Of a stretch of 64,000 nt of DNA, positions 29,094 through 38,200 are shown piece by piece. The stretch comes from Escherichia phage Mangalyan: sequence record OR449013; one strand, written 5' to 3'. Each line of letters starts with the position of its first letter. Position 1 is the stretch's first letter. A program made the translations under genes and the position numbers. The notes under the pieces were generated by a model. That model saw only the letters and a program-made list of their open reading frames with translations. It was not told the origin of the DNA and did not search any database.

Positions 29094-29122
29094 TTGACAC
29101 ATTACCGATCCAGTGATAGTAT
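29094..29122 (+). promoter_or_regulatory. sigma70-like promoter
   Basis: TTGACA, 17-nt spacer, TAGTAT. Confidence 0.5.
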
Positions 29123-29154
29123 CCACACATAGTTTGTAGAATATGGAGTACACA

Positions 29155-29244
29155 ATGAGAACATTGTCCGAAGTTTTAGTGGTGATCCTGATGATCATTA
29201 CGTCCATAGCGGCTGTTGCCGGAATACTCACGGGTGGAACATGA
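29155..29244 (+). CDS. small hydrophobic peptide, 29 aa
   Basis: SD GGAG before ATG; MRTLSEVLVVILMIITSIAAVAGILTGGT; stop overlaps next ATG (ATGA). Confidence 0.35.
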   Translation: MRTLSEVLVVILMIITSIAAVAGILTGGT

Positions 29245-29453
29245 TAAACACACATGCATCTGAAGAGACATCCAAAGGAGTGACTATATGTCCCTTGGCT
29301 GAGCCAGTGAAAGAGGAAAACTTAGATTCTGAAGATTCTCCATCTTCGCTCCAGGTAGATCCTGAGGCTGATGACCTAACGTGGGAAGACATCGTAGACA
29401 TCTGGTTCTCCATTATGCCTGAGCACGAAGAGTTCAGAGGTGGTAGACTATGA
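29241..29453 (+). CDS. hypothetical acidic protein
   Basis: 70-aa ORF coupled to upstream peptide. Confidence 0.4.
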   Translation: MINTHASEETSKGVTICPLAEPVKEENLDSEDSPSSLQVDPEADDLTWEDIVDIWFSIMPEHEEFRGGRL

Positions 29454-29574
29454 AGCACCGAGCCCACACAGGTTCCTCATGCTAAAGCATGGCCTGAAGA
29501 GGCAAACGTGTATAATTCCTGTGCATTAGAACGTATAAAACCCTGTTCACACTTTCATTCCCAGAGGAGATTTT

Positions 29575-29790
29575 ATGAAGATAGAGATATTTGGTGGAGC
29601 TGACAACACTCGTGGCCTGATTTACCTTGAATTCGATGAATCATACCTGCCAGAGGTGTTAAATATGGACTCTGTTGCTGAGGCTTTGGGAGTAAGTCCT
29701 AAAGATCTCCACTCTGGTGCTGAGATTGATGGTTGGGAGGAGACCATGAACATCGATTTCAGTGAAGTAGGGGATGAACCACTGGACTGA
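29575..29790 (+). CDS. small acidic protein, MKxK paralog family
   Basis: SD GAGGAGA; MKIEIFGG. Confidence 0.5.
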   Translation: MKIEIFGGADNTRGLIYLEFDESYLPEVLNMDSVAEALGVSPKDLHSGAEIDGWEETMNIDFSEVGDEPLD

Positions 29791-31319
29791 CACACAATTA
29801 GTTGCCCGGCTAAAGTGCTGGGAGCACCCATAACACATCTTTCAACTAAATTTTCTACCACCACAATCACTTACCTCCCACACATGACTGTTTGCTTGTT
29901 TAGTGAGCAGTCATGCCTTGACATTCTTGCCTATCCTGATAAAATTAAGTTCTTCTCTTTTCTTTTACCGAGTAATTCGGGTTTTCTGTTCTCTTCGGTT
30001 TGAAGGGGTATGGAGATACACCTGAGTGAACAGGGTGAACAACCGAACCATTGGCTATGGCATTAGCATGGCGAAGCGGACGGGTGACGAAAGAGGGGCC
30101 GGAGGACACCAGTCACTGCCATATGATATATGGGTGATAACCTGAAGAGTCTGAATAAGTGTTTAAGTACCAGTCAGAGGAAAAGGTGAATGGTAGCCGA
30201 AGGGGGAGGGGGGTTACCTGCTTCTGTAAACATGCATCTGAAATACTACTTTAGATAACCTGAACCTGCCTTTCTGACAAATATTCCCTATTAAACTTGA
30301 ATTATTTATAGAAAATACCACAACACCACTTAAGTCTTTGATTTTACACACAAATCTTACAGATATTAAACCTCTCTATTTAACATACCTGTAACATATA
30401 CTATACTCCACCTGTCTGATCAATTTCCCCAACTACATCCCCATATTTTCCCTGTCTGTACTACCCCTGCCCCGCCGGGAGTCCCGTCATATCTGGCTTT
30501 CCAGCAAATATCACACCCACAAATATCATCACCTGAAGAGGGTTTCATCCCATAATACATGCCTTACCTGAAGAGCGCTTCATACACCACATAAATTTTT
30601 TAATTGACCCCCTCCCCGCCGCCGGAGAGGTTGGCTTTTCCCACACAGACCTGGAGAGTCAGCCAGAAATATCTGAAGAGGGTCTAGTTCTGCCCTGTCA
30701 TAAGCGGTAGCGACTGGAGTGCTGCTAGGCGGACGAAATGGGAATACTTCTCATTCTTATAACAATTCTCAAATATCGAGGCAGTGAGGCAAATTAATAG
30801 GTGAGGCCGTTCACACAGTGGCACAACATTTGCAACCTATCTTGTGGGATTGAATGAGAATACCTATCATTGTGAGAACTGTTATCATTACGGGCAATTT
30901 AACATAATACCCATTATGCGCACCACTGGCGATACATACAGGGATTGATAACATGGGTTACTGTTTACGCACATAACAATTATATTTCTTACTATTTGTG
31001 TGGGATATAGTTAGCAGCCGATAGATTAGATATTAACCTGCAGACTTCTGACCGTCCAGACGTCTAAACGCCCACACACCAAGGATTATACATACACTCC
31101 TGAATGTAAACAGGGCCGCAAAAATGCTACCATACAAGCTTGTAAATTTTTCATGCAGCACTTGACAAAGAGGAGAAAAACTTGTCTGACATAATGTGAC
31201 CTAACTGACACAACATGACACTTTTACACACCTATTAGTTTACACACTGGATTGTTTACATTCCTGATTGTTCACATGCTAACCATTTACATGATTGACT
31301 GTTTACACACCGATAATCA

Positions 31320-31339
31320 GCCATGCCATTCGTTTGCAT
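31320..31339 (+). repeat. 20-nt direct repeat GCCATGCCATTCGTTTGCAT (copy 1)
   Basis: identical 20-mer recurs at 31551..31570. Confidence 0.7.
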
Positions 31340-31397
31340 GACAATAATTATACATGACAATAATCGCACTGATCATAATTAGCATGACATAATATAA

Positions 31398-31437
31398 AAG
31401 CAGGGCAACTATTAGCAGATCTATAGTTGCCTTGCTT
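31398..31437. repeat. inverted repeat, 15-nt arms around a 10-nt spacer containing AGATCT
   Basis: AAGCAGGGCAACTAT ... ATAGTTGCCTTGCTT (1 mismatch); GGCAACTAT/ATAGTTGCC recurs at ~31464 and ~31563. Confidence 0.65.
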
Positions 31438-31550
31438 GTTATGTCATGATTAACTAAATACAAGGCAACTATGATCTGATTAATAGTTTGCAGACAAACT
31501 ATCACGGGGGTGATGGTTACTGCTTTTATATTATGTCGCGACTCCGTCGC

Positions 31551-31570
31551 GCCATGCCATTCGTTTGCAT
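31551..31570 (+). repeat. 20-nt direct repeat GCCATGCCATTCGTTTGCAT (copy 2)
   Basis: identical to 31320..31339. Confidence 0.7.
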
Positions 31571-32176
31571 AGTTGCCTTATTGTTACAGATAAAATAATT
31601 GTATTGTTAATTATTTCTTATCTTTCTATTAGTCATCTAATGATTTCAGTTAATATAGTAACGTACAGTAAACATTAGACGACTAAAGATTTCTATGCTT
31701 ATGGTAACCTAACGTGACAATTCCAGACTGTTTACGAAAAATGTTGACACCTGGGCCGATTTATGTTATGCAGTTTACACGAATAATTATTTTATGCAGG
31801 TATTGACTATTCCGTTATTCTATGGTTGGAATAAATGCTTAGCAGGCTATAGAATGGCGAGCGTACGTAAATTCTGAGATCTGGCGGCTATAGTTATACT
31901 CGATTTTTCACGTAGAAAACGCTTTTGTAGTTATGTAAGTGTATGACTTATAAAGTTGACAAGCTATTGAATATATGCATCAGGTTAAATTTTGTGCAAA
32001 TGCTGCATTACGTGCAATTTTGGAAGGAAAAACGTGTAAAAATGGCCCTGCTACCACACAATGAAAAATTATGCAATAGTTATTTTATATGTATGTTTGT
32101 ACAGTGTGTGGGATTGATGGCTCGTCAATTATTCCACTTGCCAGGTAGGGCCGTTTATGGTAGGGGGAAGAGCAGA

Positions 32177-32202
32177 CAAAAAGAAAGGGGCCTAAGCCCC
32201 TT
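32177..32202 (-). terminator. rho-independent terminator closing the - strand gene block
   Basis: on - strand AAGGGGC-ttag-GCCCCTT followed by TCTTTTTGTCT. Confidence 0.55.
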
Positions 32203-32220
32203 GATAATTCAGTTAAAAAA

Positions 32221-32640
32221 TTATAATGATTCGTATATTTCAAAAATCCGATTTGCCAGGTCGTTACGGTAGCGGAATTTTTCCTCGCGTTTGATCATAA
32301 GATCTTTATAGCCGTACTCTTTAAGCACTTCATTAACTTTATGGCGGCATACTTTCATATTATCCTGCGCGTCACCAATAAATCTGTTGCTATGGTGCAT
32401 GGCTTTAATTTCTTCTTCCAGGACCAGGGCAACTATGCGGACCGGATCAAGCTGATAGGCGGTAACATCCATGCGGCATTGTAGACGGCTTTTAACGTCT
32501 GCCACCGGATATACTGCAACCTCTTCCCCGTCAACATTGACAATAATTAGTTTACCATCGATTTCGAATCCTTTCGCCGCCGGACCGTGACAAAAAGCGT
32601 TATCAAAGCTATATGCCGGATTATTAGATTTAATGTTCAT
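32221..32640 (-). CDS. hypothetical protein
   Basis: 139-aa ORF; SD AAGAGGT before ATG. Confidence 0.5.
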   Translation of the reverse strand: MNIKSNNPAYSFDNAFCHGPAAKGFEIDGKLIIVNVDGEEVAVYPVADVKSRLQCRMDVTAYQLDPVRIVALVLEEEIKAMHHSNRFIGDAQDNMKVCRHKVNEVLKEYGYKDLMIKREEKFRYRNDLANRIFEIYESL

Positions 32641-32689
32641 GGTGTTTTTACCTCTTAGTTAATTTTCTTACAACTCCCCTTCAAAAAAG

Positions 32690-32718
32690 AATATAGCAAA
32701 ACTGCCGATCCCTGTCAA
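32690..32718 (-). promoter_or_regulatory. sigma70-like promoter with -35 inside a hairpin
   Basis: - strand TTGACA, 17-nt spacer, TATATT; -35 lies in ATCCCTG-gttga-CAGGGAT. Confidence 0.5.
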
Positions 32719-32783
32719 CCAGGGATAGCATAATTTTTATGTGATCAAGGGGCTTTATTACCCCCTGACCGTAACTTGTTGTA

Positions 32784-33047
32784 TTATTTGTTGCTCATCC
32801 AGTTTTCCCAAGCTGCCTGATAATCTGCCTCACTGCGGCGGATCTCTTCTTGTTCTTCAAGCCGGATCTCTTCTTCCAGGTACCCCAGGATATCGGATTT
32901 TTTGGTCTGGCGTAGCATCCAGTCATCTTTTTTGCGAGTAAAGATCTTATAAGCTTTCTCGCAAACCTCTTTTTTGCTACCTTTTTGGACTTCAAGAATT
33001 CTGTAGGCCATGTACTGAACTAATTTAAGCTGATCCAGACGTTTCAT
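32784..33047 (-). CDS. hypothetical charged protein
   Basis: ATG 33047 with SD AGAGGA; track start 33119 is TTG. Confidence 0.45.
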   Translation of the reverse strand: MKRLDQLKLVQYMAYRILEVQKGSKKEVCEKAYKIFTRKKDDWMLRQTKKSDILGYLEEEIRLEEQEEIRRSEADYQAAWENWMSNK

Positions 33048-33125
33048 GATGTTTTCCTCTTTATGCGGTTCGTTTTGATTAGTTGATAATACAGCAGTTC
33101 GCAGATCAGTCTTTAGCAATTCATG

Positions 33126-33344
33126 CTATTTACTCACAACGGTGTCGAAAACAAATTTTTCTTTGTTGTCTAAACTCACGTATCCGATTCGACCACGCAA
33201 GCCGCAAGTAGTGCCGTACTCGTAACCATTAAGGCCTTTAACCTTCCAATCCGTACCCATTAAAACCGCATTATATTCCTGACCAACTACAAAAGCGCCC
33301 CCAGTCGATTCAATGCAAACAACTTTAATTTTACGGGTTGTCAT
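33126..33344 (-). CDS. hypothetical protein
   Basis: 72-aa ORF, SD AGAGAGAAAG. Confidence 0.5.
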   Translation of the reverse strand: MTTRKIKVVCIESTGGAFVVGQEYNAVLMGTDWKVKGLNGYEYGTTCGLRGRIGYVSLDNKEKFVFDTVVSK

Positions 33345-33404
33345 TTTCTTTCTCTCTTTGTGTGGTTCTGATTAGTGGGCCTTTTGGCCCGTGTCATTAT
33401 CTTA

Positions 33405-33677
33405 TTACTTACGGCGGCAGAATTCAAGCGTTTTTAATTGATAATCTTCCTCAGCCTGGAGTACAACCGCCTCGATCATTTCGTTGGCATTGTTGAAGCC
33501 ATACCCTTTAGCGAACTCATCCGCACCACCTTCGTGATCATGTTCTGCGTTCATCGCTTCCACGAAATGGAATTCAAGATTATTGAGATAAGGGCTTGAT
33601 GTTCCGTCCTCTTTTTCGATGAGATCCCAAATAGCATTAAAACGTGATTCGACTTCTTGATTAATCCAGCTTGACAT
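33405..33677 (-). CDS. hypothetical acidic protein
   Basis: SD GAGAGGA before ATG. Confidence 0.5.
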   Translation of the reverse strand: MSSWINQEVESRFNAIWDLIEKEDGTSSPYLNNLEFHFVEAMNAEHDHEGGADEFAKGYGFNNANEMIEAVVLQAEEDYQLKTLEFCRRK

Positions 33678-33731
33678 AATGTTTTCCTCTCTTCTGGTTG
33701 TTGTGTGGGCACTTTTGCCCCTTCAAGATAA

Positions 33732-33760
33732 ATGTTACCCCACCACCTGGCAGATGTCAA
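33732..33760 (-). promoter_or_regulatory. candidate sigma70-like promoter
   Basis: - strand TTGACA, 17-nt spacer, TAACAT. Confidence 0.4.
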
Positions 33761-33784
33761 CGGTTTTTATAGTTCTTATATGAC

Positions 33785-33829
33785 AGGCAGGCCCGGTGAT
33801 TGTCTCCACCCGTCGCCAGGTGCCTGCCG
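33785..33829 (-). repeat. GC-rich hairpin element, copy C (reverse orientation)
   Basis: reverse complement CGGCAGGCACCTGGCGACGGGTGGAGACAATCACCGGGCC matches 42999..43034 and 43133..43174. Confidence 0.6.
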
Positions 33830-33888
33830 TGAAACAAGTATAACAAAAAACAGGACCATTGCAAGCCCTGTTTTGTAGTTTATAAGGA

Positions 33889-34080
33889 TTATATTTTTTC
33901 GCCTATGTAGTCCGGTCGGTTTTTCTCTGTCATGCGCTTGAGCAATTCTTGCATGTTGCTTATGGCTTGCAGTGTATCCCCTTCCAGGCTTGAATCGACA
34001 TAATCAGGATCGTCTATGACCTTTCTATGATTATGATAACGCAGTACCGCCAATACCTTTCTAACTTGTTCGATATTCAT
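33889..34080 (-). CDS. hypothetical protein
   Basis: 63-aa ORF. Confidence 0.45.
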   Translation of the reverse strand: MNIEQVRKVLAVLRYHNHRKVIDDPDYVDSSLEGDTLQAISNMQELLKRMTEKNRPDYIGEKI

Positions 34081-34093
34081 TTTTTATCGCTCT

Positions 34094-34228
34094 TTAAAAC
34101 AAGGTGCCAACCGTTTCCAATAGATCACTGACCATCAGGACAATACTGATCAGCACATATCTAACCATAAGGGGAAAGAGCGCCAGCGATCCCGCCACGA
34201 TCCCCATGGTAATAATTATCTTTCTCAT
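34094..34228 (-). CDS. small hydrophobic membrane peptide, 44 aa
   Basis: ATG 2 nt after upstream stop (coupled); MRKIIITMGIVAGSLALFPLMVRYVLISIVLMV; below track cutoff. Confidence 0.35.
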   Translation of the reverse strand: MRKIIITMGIVAGSLALFPLMVRYVLISIVLMVSDLLETVGTLF

Positions 34229-34230
34229 GG

Positions 34231-34515
34231 TTAACGGTTCACGTAAGTTTTCCCGTTTACGGTTATCGGCAGATCCTCCAGGTCTGGATCTTCTTTAAGG
34301 TCGCGAGCAAGCTCACCGCACCGGATACCCTCGAATCCGTAGTACTCTGTTGTGCCGTCCTTAAAAGTTTTTGCGGCAAGGCATAACCGATAAGTAACAC
34401 CGATTTGATTGACTGCATGAATATCTGTTAGATTAACCTCTTTTGCCAGCTCTTTGGCCATTGCAGGCGCATTAAGTCCAACAACCAGGGCAACCACTGC
34501 GATCATCTTTTTCAT
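34231..34515 (-). CDS. small secreted/periplasmic protein (signal peptide)
   Basis: SD AAGAGGA; N-terminal MKKMIAVVALVVGLNAPAMA followed by KE. Confidence 0.5.
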   Translation of the reverse strand: MKKMIAVVALVVGLNAPAMAKELAKEVNLTDIHAVNQIGVTYRLCLAAKTFKDGTTEYYGFEGIRCGELARDLKEDPDLEDLPITVNGKTYVNR

Positions 34516-34604
34516 TGTGTCTATCCTCTTTCTGCTGCGTTTAAGGCGGTCACCGCCGCCTGTTTATGCTTTGTTAGTTAATGGGGCGCACGGTATAGAT
34601 TAAA

Positions 34605-34829
34605 CTATGCTGTACGCTCAACTATAACAACGGCTTGAGGGATCTCACCTTCCACCACTATCAAGGCTTTTTTCTGCGTAATGGATATCTTTACCCGTTG
34701 CAGCGTGGCGGTGAAGTCTTTCATTTCGTCACGTGGTGTTTTAGTGCAATGCCAGATCTCAGGTTTGCCGATCTGCAAGCCGCGTAAAAATTCCGTTTTG
34801 CCTGTTTTGTTAGTTATCATTTGATTCAC
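34605..34829 (-). CDS. hypothetical protein
   Basis: 74-aa ORF; SD GAGGTG. Confidence 0.45.
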   Translation of the reverse strand: MNQMITNKTGKTEFLRGLQIGKPEIWHCTKTPRDEMKDFTATLQRVKISITQKKALIVVEGEIPQAVVIVERTA

Positions 34830-34830
34830 C

Positions 34831-34935
34831 TCAACCGATACCGTGGGAAGATAGGATCATGTTAGCCATAGTTGCAACCAATCCAACCAATAATGCCAGG
34901 CCAACTACTACAACCGTGAAAATTTTTTCTAACAT
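34831..34935 (-). CDS. small hydrophobic membrane peptide, 34 aa
   Basis: SD GAGGG before ATG; MLEKIFTVVVVGLALLVGLVATMANMILS; the antisense track ORF 34859..35104 is rejected. Confidence 0.35.
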   Translation of the reverse strand: MLEKIFTVVVVGLALLVGLVATMANMILSSHGIG

Positions 34936-35012
34936 GATTCTACCCTCAGTAATGGCGGGAAGTATTCCCGCGCTATGTAGTACACTTTACCAGATTGTTG
35001 ACTGTTGTCAAA

Positions 35013-35207
35013 CTAATTTTTACAAGGGATCAGTAAACTTCTTGCTACTGCTTCACGTAGTCCTTGACTTTTTATCAGATCTATTGTTGCAGGATGGCAA
35101 GTAAAAGCCTTTGACCATTTTTGATCCCCTGGTTTACGGGCAAAAATGTAAACTTCCCCGTCGATTTCATCCCAACGAGTATTGCTTGTTAGTTTTTTAA
35201 GCGCCAT
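35013..35207 (-). CDS. hypothetical protein
   Basis: ATG 35207 with SD AAGAGA; track start 35237. Confidence 0.45.
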   Translation of the reverse strand: MALKKLTSNTRWDEIDGEVYIFARKPGDQKWSKAFTCHPATIDLIKSQGLREAVARSLLIPCKN

Positions 35208-35295
35208 GATGATTTCTCTTTTAGTTGTGAGCGGCACTATTGCCGCCCTATATGATAAACTATACCAGAATAAAAAACAGTGTCAAGCTATTTTA

Positions 35296-35535
35296 TCACA
35301 TTCCAACCATCGCGGCACGGATCGCCGTAGTGCTGTACTTGAAGCCGTCCGGGGTCTTATCTTGTCCGGTTAGCTCCAGAAAAAGCATCATATCCCGCGC
35401 CGCATCATTACGATTAGCATTAGCGTTAATAAAGCCTTGGGCCAACCGGTACAATGACTCATCGTTATTAATCCAAAGGCTTACATTCCAATGAGTTTTG
35501 TTTTTGTAACCGTTATAACCTTTATTGCTTTTCAT
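35296..35535 (-). CDS. hypothetical protein
   Basis: 79-aa ORF, SD GAGGT. Confidence 0.5.
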   Translation of the reverse strand: MKSNKGYNGYKNKTHWNVSLWINNDESLYRLAQGFINANANRNDAARDMMLFLELTGQDKTPDGFKYSTTAIRAAMVGM

Positions 35536-35626
35536 GGTGTTTACCTCTTCTTTGTTCCGGGTGGAGGATCATTCTACCACCTTATGTATTATGCTTTGTT
35601 AGATGGTTGTTTGTTGCCAAACTATT

Positions 35627-35806
35627 TTAACGATAATCATCATATGCTTTATTTACCTGGCGAATATAACATTCAAAAGCCAGATCAATAGATTTATATT
35701 CACGGATATACTCACCATAGGAAACCACATACATTTCTATAGCTTCCTCATATGCGAGGAGAATAGAATCTAAGCCTACGATCTCAGTTTTTGCAATAAT
35801 AGCCAT
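35627..35806 (-). CDS. hypothetical protein, 59 aa
   Basis: SD AGAGGA before ATG; fills an otherwise empty 350-nt gap; just under track cutoff. Confidence 0.45.
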   Translation of the reverse strand: MAIIAKTEIVGLDSILLAYEEAIEMYVVSYGEYIREYKSIDLAFECYIRQVNKAYDDYR

Positions 35807-35881
35807 GATTTTTATCCTCTTTGTGGTTGGTGGGGCTTGTTGCCCCCTTTGATTTATATACTACAGTTTTATATGGTCATG

Positions 35882-36115
35882 TCAACACTTTTCAAAAAAT
35901 TTTTCTGCCGTGATATTCTTCCCGGTAGGGTTCGCTACTTTCAAAATTTTATCATGCACTGGACGCCCAAAAGAATAAGATCCGTATACAGTAAACCAAT
36001 AATCTCCGTCAGGCTGTACTATTACCGCCGCATATGGTACGCCTTTTTCGTTTTTGCTGACAAAATAGATCACATTACCATTAATAGCCTCAGCGCGTTT
36101 AATTTGTTCCATCAT
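35882..36115 (-). CDS. hypothetical protein
   Basis: 77-aa ORF, SD AGAGAGG. Confidence 0.5.
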   Translation of the reverse strand: MMEQIKRAEAINGNVIYFVSKNEKGVPYAAVIVQPDGDYWFTVYGSYSFGRPVHDKILKVANPTGKNITAEKFFEKC

Positions 36116-36182
36116 GATGATTTGCCTCTCTTTATTTTTTTTATGATTTTATGCTGTAGGGGCCTTTTCGGCCCCGCCAGGT

Positions 36183-36467
36183 TTATTTATTGATAGCGTG
36201 CAGCGGGAAAGCTACGCCAGGTTGATAGATAACCTTTACAACCTCATCAGGACAAAAGAAATTGCAGAACTCACCGCAATAGGCCTCATCCTCTTTTAAT
36301 TCTTCATCAACATACTCAAAAAAGTAGTCGATGCTTGGATAATCCTGGCCGGGATTATAGTCGACCATCGTTAATAATAACTCTTGATCATTCCGTAAGA
36401 TATGCATACCCGCTTTTAAGTATTTTGCTTCCATTTCTACTGCATCGCCAGCGGTAACAATAGCCAT
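36183..36467 (-). CDS. hypothetical acidic Cys-containing protein
   Basis: SD AGGAG; CGEFCNFFC. Confidence 0.5.
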   Translation of the reverse strand: MAIVTAGDAVEMEAKYLKAGMHILRNDQELLLTMVDYNPGQDYPSIDYFFEYVDEELKEDEAYCGEFCNFFCPDEVVKVIYQPGVAFPLHAINK

Positions 36468-36690
36468 GGTTTTAACTCCTATCTATCCGGTTAATGATTT
36501 GGGGCCGCCCCCTGATGCGTCCTATTATCCATATTGTGGGGCTTGATGCAAGTACTTCTTTAAAAATTTTTTAAGCGCCTTGGGGCCGCTGTAACGCTAA
36601 AATAATAAAGACCATGCAACCGCATAGCCTTAATGTGATTATATCGCTGCAGGCCCTGCTAGGGGCCTTATTTTGCATCATTTACCGGAA

Positions 36691-36990
36691 CTATACAGAG
36701 AAAACATCGTTCACAATAGCGATCACAATGCCGCCCACCTTGTCACGGTCAACAATGCACAAATCACCATAGATCATGTGGTAGTCTGGATGATCTTTCA
36801 CAGAATAGTCAATAAGCGTTTTCTTGTCGTCCAGCTTCGTAACTTCCATTCTCATAACGATATGAGAATCATCAAAGGCATTATTCCGAAAAATCATAGC
36901 CTGGCCGCCAGGGCACCCGGTGATCTCCACTTCCACACCATCTACGATCTGACCATCAAAGAAATAAAGATTATTAGCCTGGATAAACAT
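36691..36990 (-). CDS. hypothetical protein
   Basis: ATG 36990 with SD AAGGAG; track start 36999 is GTG inside the spacer. Confidence 0.5.
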   Translation of the reverse strand: MFIQANNLYFFDGQIVDGVEVEITGCPGGQAMIFRNNAFDDSHIVMRMEVTKLDDKKTLIDYSVKDHPDYHMIYGDLCIVDRDKVGGIVIAIVNDVFSV

Positions 36991-37036
36991 GCCTATCACT
37001 CCTTGTTAACTGCGTGGTATTTTAACAGGGTTTAAA

Positions 37037-37081
37037 TTTACTTTATTGATGGCCTTGGAGTCAAGGCCATCTAAAAATAAA
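37037..37081 (-). promoter_or_regulatory. conserved ~45-nt promoter cassette, copy 1
   Basis: - strand TTTATTTTTAGATGGCCTTGACTCCAAGGCCATCAATAAAGTAAA: AT-rich upstream, 9-bp hairpin carrying TTGACT, then GTAAAT/TAAATT. Confidence 0.5.
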
Positions 37082-37083
37082 TT

Positions 37084-37284
37084 TTACAGGCCTACAATCT
37101 CTTTAATTCGTTTTACTGCTGCCTCAGCGCCTTGAGGGTAAAAATTATGGTAACCAATCACGCGAGTGATACTAATCGCCGTTTGATGATCTTCATAATC
37201 ACCTTTAAAGATTTCTTGACCGTCAATCAGCACGGCAATTTTTTCTTCTTTTTTGAAGTTAATAACGCGGATATTGTTGCTCAT
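37084..37284 (-). CDS. hypothetical protein
   Basis: 66-aa ORF, SD AAGGAG. Confidence 0.5.
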   Translation of the reverse strand: MSNNIRVINFKKEEKIAVLIDGQEIFKGDYEDHQTAISITRVIGYHNFYPQGAEAAVKRIKEIVGL

Positions 37285-37425
37285 TTTGTTTCTCCTTTCT
37301 GGTTTTTGTGGTGGTGGGGATTAGCTCCCCGTTGATTGTTATTATCCACATTCCGGACCGGATTGCAACACCCCGGAAGAATTTTTTTTTTTTTAAAGAT
37401 AGGCCCCCATGATCGGGGGCCGTTC

Positions 37426-37545
37426 TTAGTTACTTACAGCGATAAAGTACATCCCTACGCCTAGCAATATTTCAAGGGCGATAATCTCAAGCCATACCAT
37501 AACGCGGCGCACCTTATCGGTGCGGGGCTTATCCTTGGGTGTCAT
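37426..37545 (-). CDS. small membrane peptide, 39 aa
   Basis: SD GGGGGAG; ATGA overlap with upstream stop; MTPKDKPRTDKVRRVMVWLEIIALEILLGVGMYFIAV. Confidence 0.4.
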   Translation of the reverse strand: MTPKDKPRTDKVRRVMVWLEIIALEILLGVGMYFIAVSN

Positions 37546-37787
37546 CGTCTCCCCCTTCCCTTCTGGTAGTAGTGACGTGGTTTACAATGGCCCCCAGGAG
37601 TATTATCACCACGCACATTACAAGAAAAATTATCTCTGTCGTTGTTCGATCCATTGTTATAAAATTCCTTAAGATCAGGCCTGAAAATAAAGCTTTCATT
37701 ATTGAATCCATCCCGCCAGGCGGCTGGCCTCAAATCTTCACTAAATGGATTAATTAACGTGGTATTATTTAAACGGCTGGCCCACAT
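37542..37787 (-). CDS. hypothetical Asn/Gly-rich protein
   Basis: ATG 37787 with SD GAGAGGA; stop overlaps downstream ATG. Confidence 0.4.
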   Translation of the reverse strand: MWASRLNNTTLINPFSEDLRPAAWRDGFNNESFIFRPDLKEFYNNGSNNDRDNFSCNVRGDNTPGGHCKPRHYYQKGRGRR

Positions 37788-38136
37788 ATTTTCTATTCCT
37801 CTCAAATAAGCGATCCGCCTCAGTTAAACAAATCTCATGGGCGTGATCTCTGGTTTTAGCTTCATCGAAAACCTGTTGTGCAAGGCTGCAACGTAGGGAG
37901 ACTGGAAGATCACTATAATAGGCGTTGACAAACGTTTGAGCGTCGTACAGGTCGGAAAATACTTTACCCTTTCTATTATTCCCCTTGTCAACAATTGCAA
38001 GGATAACCAATACAATAGTTGCAACCACCCCCAGGAAAATAGATATAATAAACCATAAAAAGGCGGATCTTCCCATCTTGCCAGCGATCCAGGCGTTAAA
38101 CAAGGCAACCAATACAGCCAAAATAATAAATTCCAT
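37765..38136 (-). CDS. membrane protein (two N-terminal TM helices)
   Basis: ATG 38136 with SD AAGAGGT; MEFIILAVLVALFNAWIAG...FLWFIISIFLGVVATIVLVILAIV. Confidence 0.5.
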   Translation of the reverse strand: MEFIILAVLVALFNAWIAGKMGRSAFLWFIISIFLGVVATIVLVILAIVDKGNNRKGKVFSDLYDAQTFVNAYYSDLPVSLRCSLAQQVFDEAKTRDHAHEICLTEADRLFERNRKYVGQPFK

Positions 38137-38200
38137 TCTATGTACCTCTTTTACAGTTCTGATTAACAATAAGGCGGCAAATATGCCGCCTGTTACCTGA

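Larger units (their letters stand above)
29791..32176. other. 2.4-kb ORF-poor, repeat-rich region between convergent + and - gene blocks (candidate origin or regulatory/ncRNA region)
   Basis: no ORF with SD in either strand; TGTTTACA(C) iterons 31080-31800; four CTGAAGAG copies 30141-30680; exact 20-mer duplicate; long inverted repeat. Confidence 0.5.

Noticed and set aside
30141-30680. CTGAAGAG repeats as a possible CRISPR-like array
   Set aside because: Repeat unit is only 8-9 nt with irregular spacing and no repeat-spacer periodicity; no cas genes present.
29791-32220. Possible tRNA gene cluster in the large noncoding region (large virulent phages often carry tRNAs)
   Set aside because: No 7-bp acceptor stem with a GTTCGA/GTTCAA T-loop context or cloverleaf spacing could be found by eye; a tRNAscan-SE or ARAGORN run would be needed to exclude them formally.
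33551-33760. Track ORF (-) of 69 aa overlapping 33405..33677
   Set aside because: Out of frame with, and largely overlapping, a gene that has a strong SD; its upstream part covers the promoter-like region.
34859-35104. Track ORF (+) of 81 aa in the - strand block
   Set aside because: Antisense to well-initiated - strand genes (34831..34935 and 35013..35207), no SD; treated as a shadow ORF.
37306-37440. GGCCCCC-atgatc-GGGGGCC hairpin as an intrinsic terminator
   Set aside because: The T-run precedes the hairpin on + and an A-run follows it on -, so it fits neither strand as a canonical terminator; more likely a 5'-leader structure.
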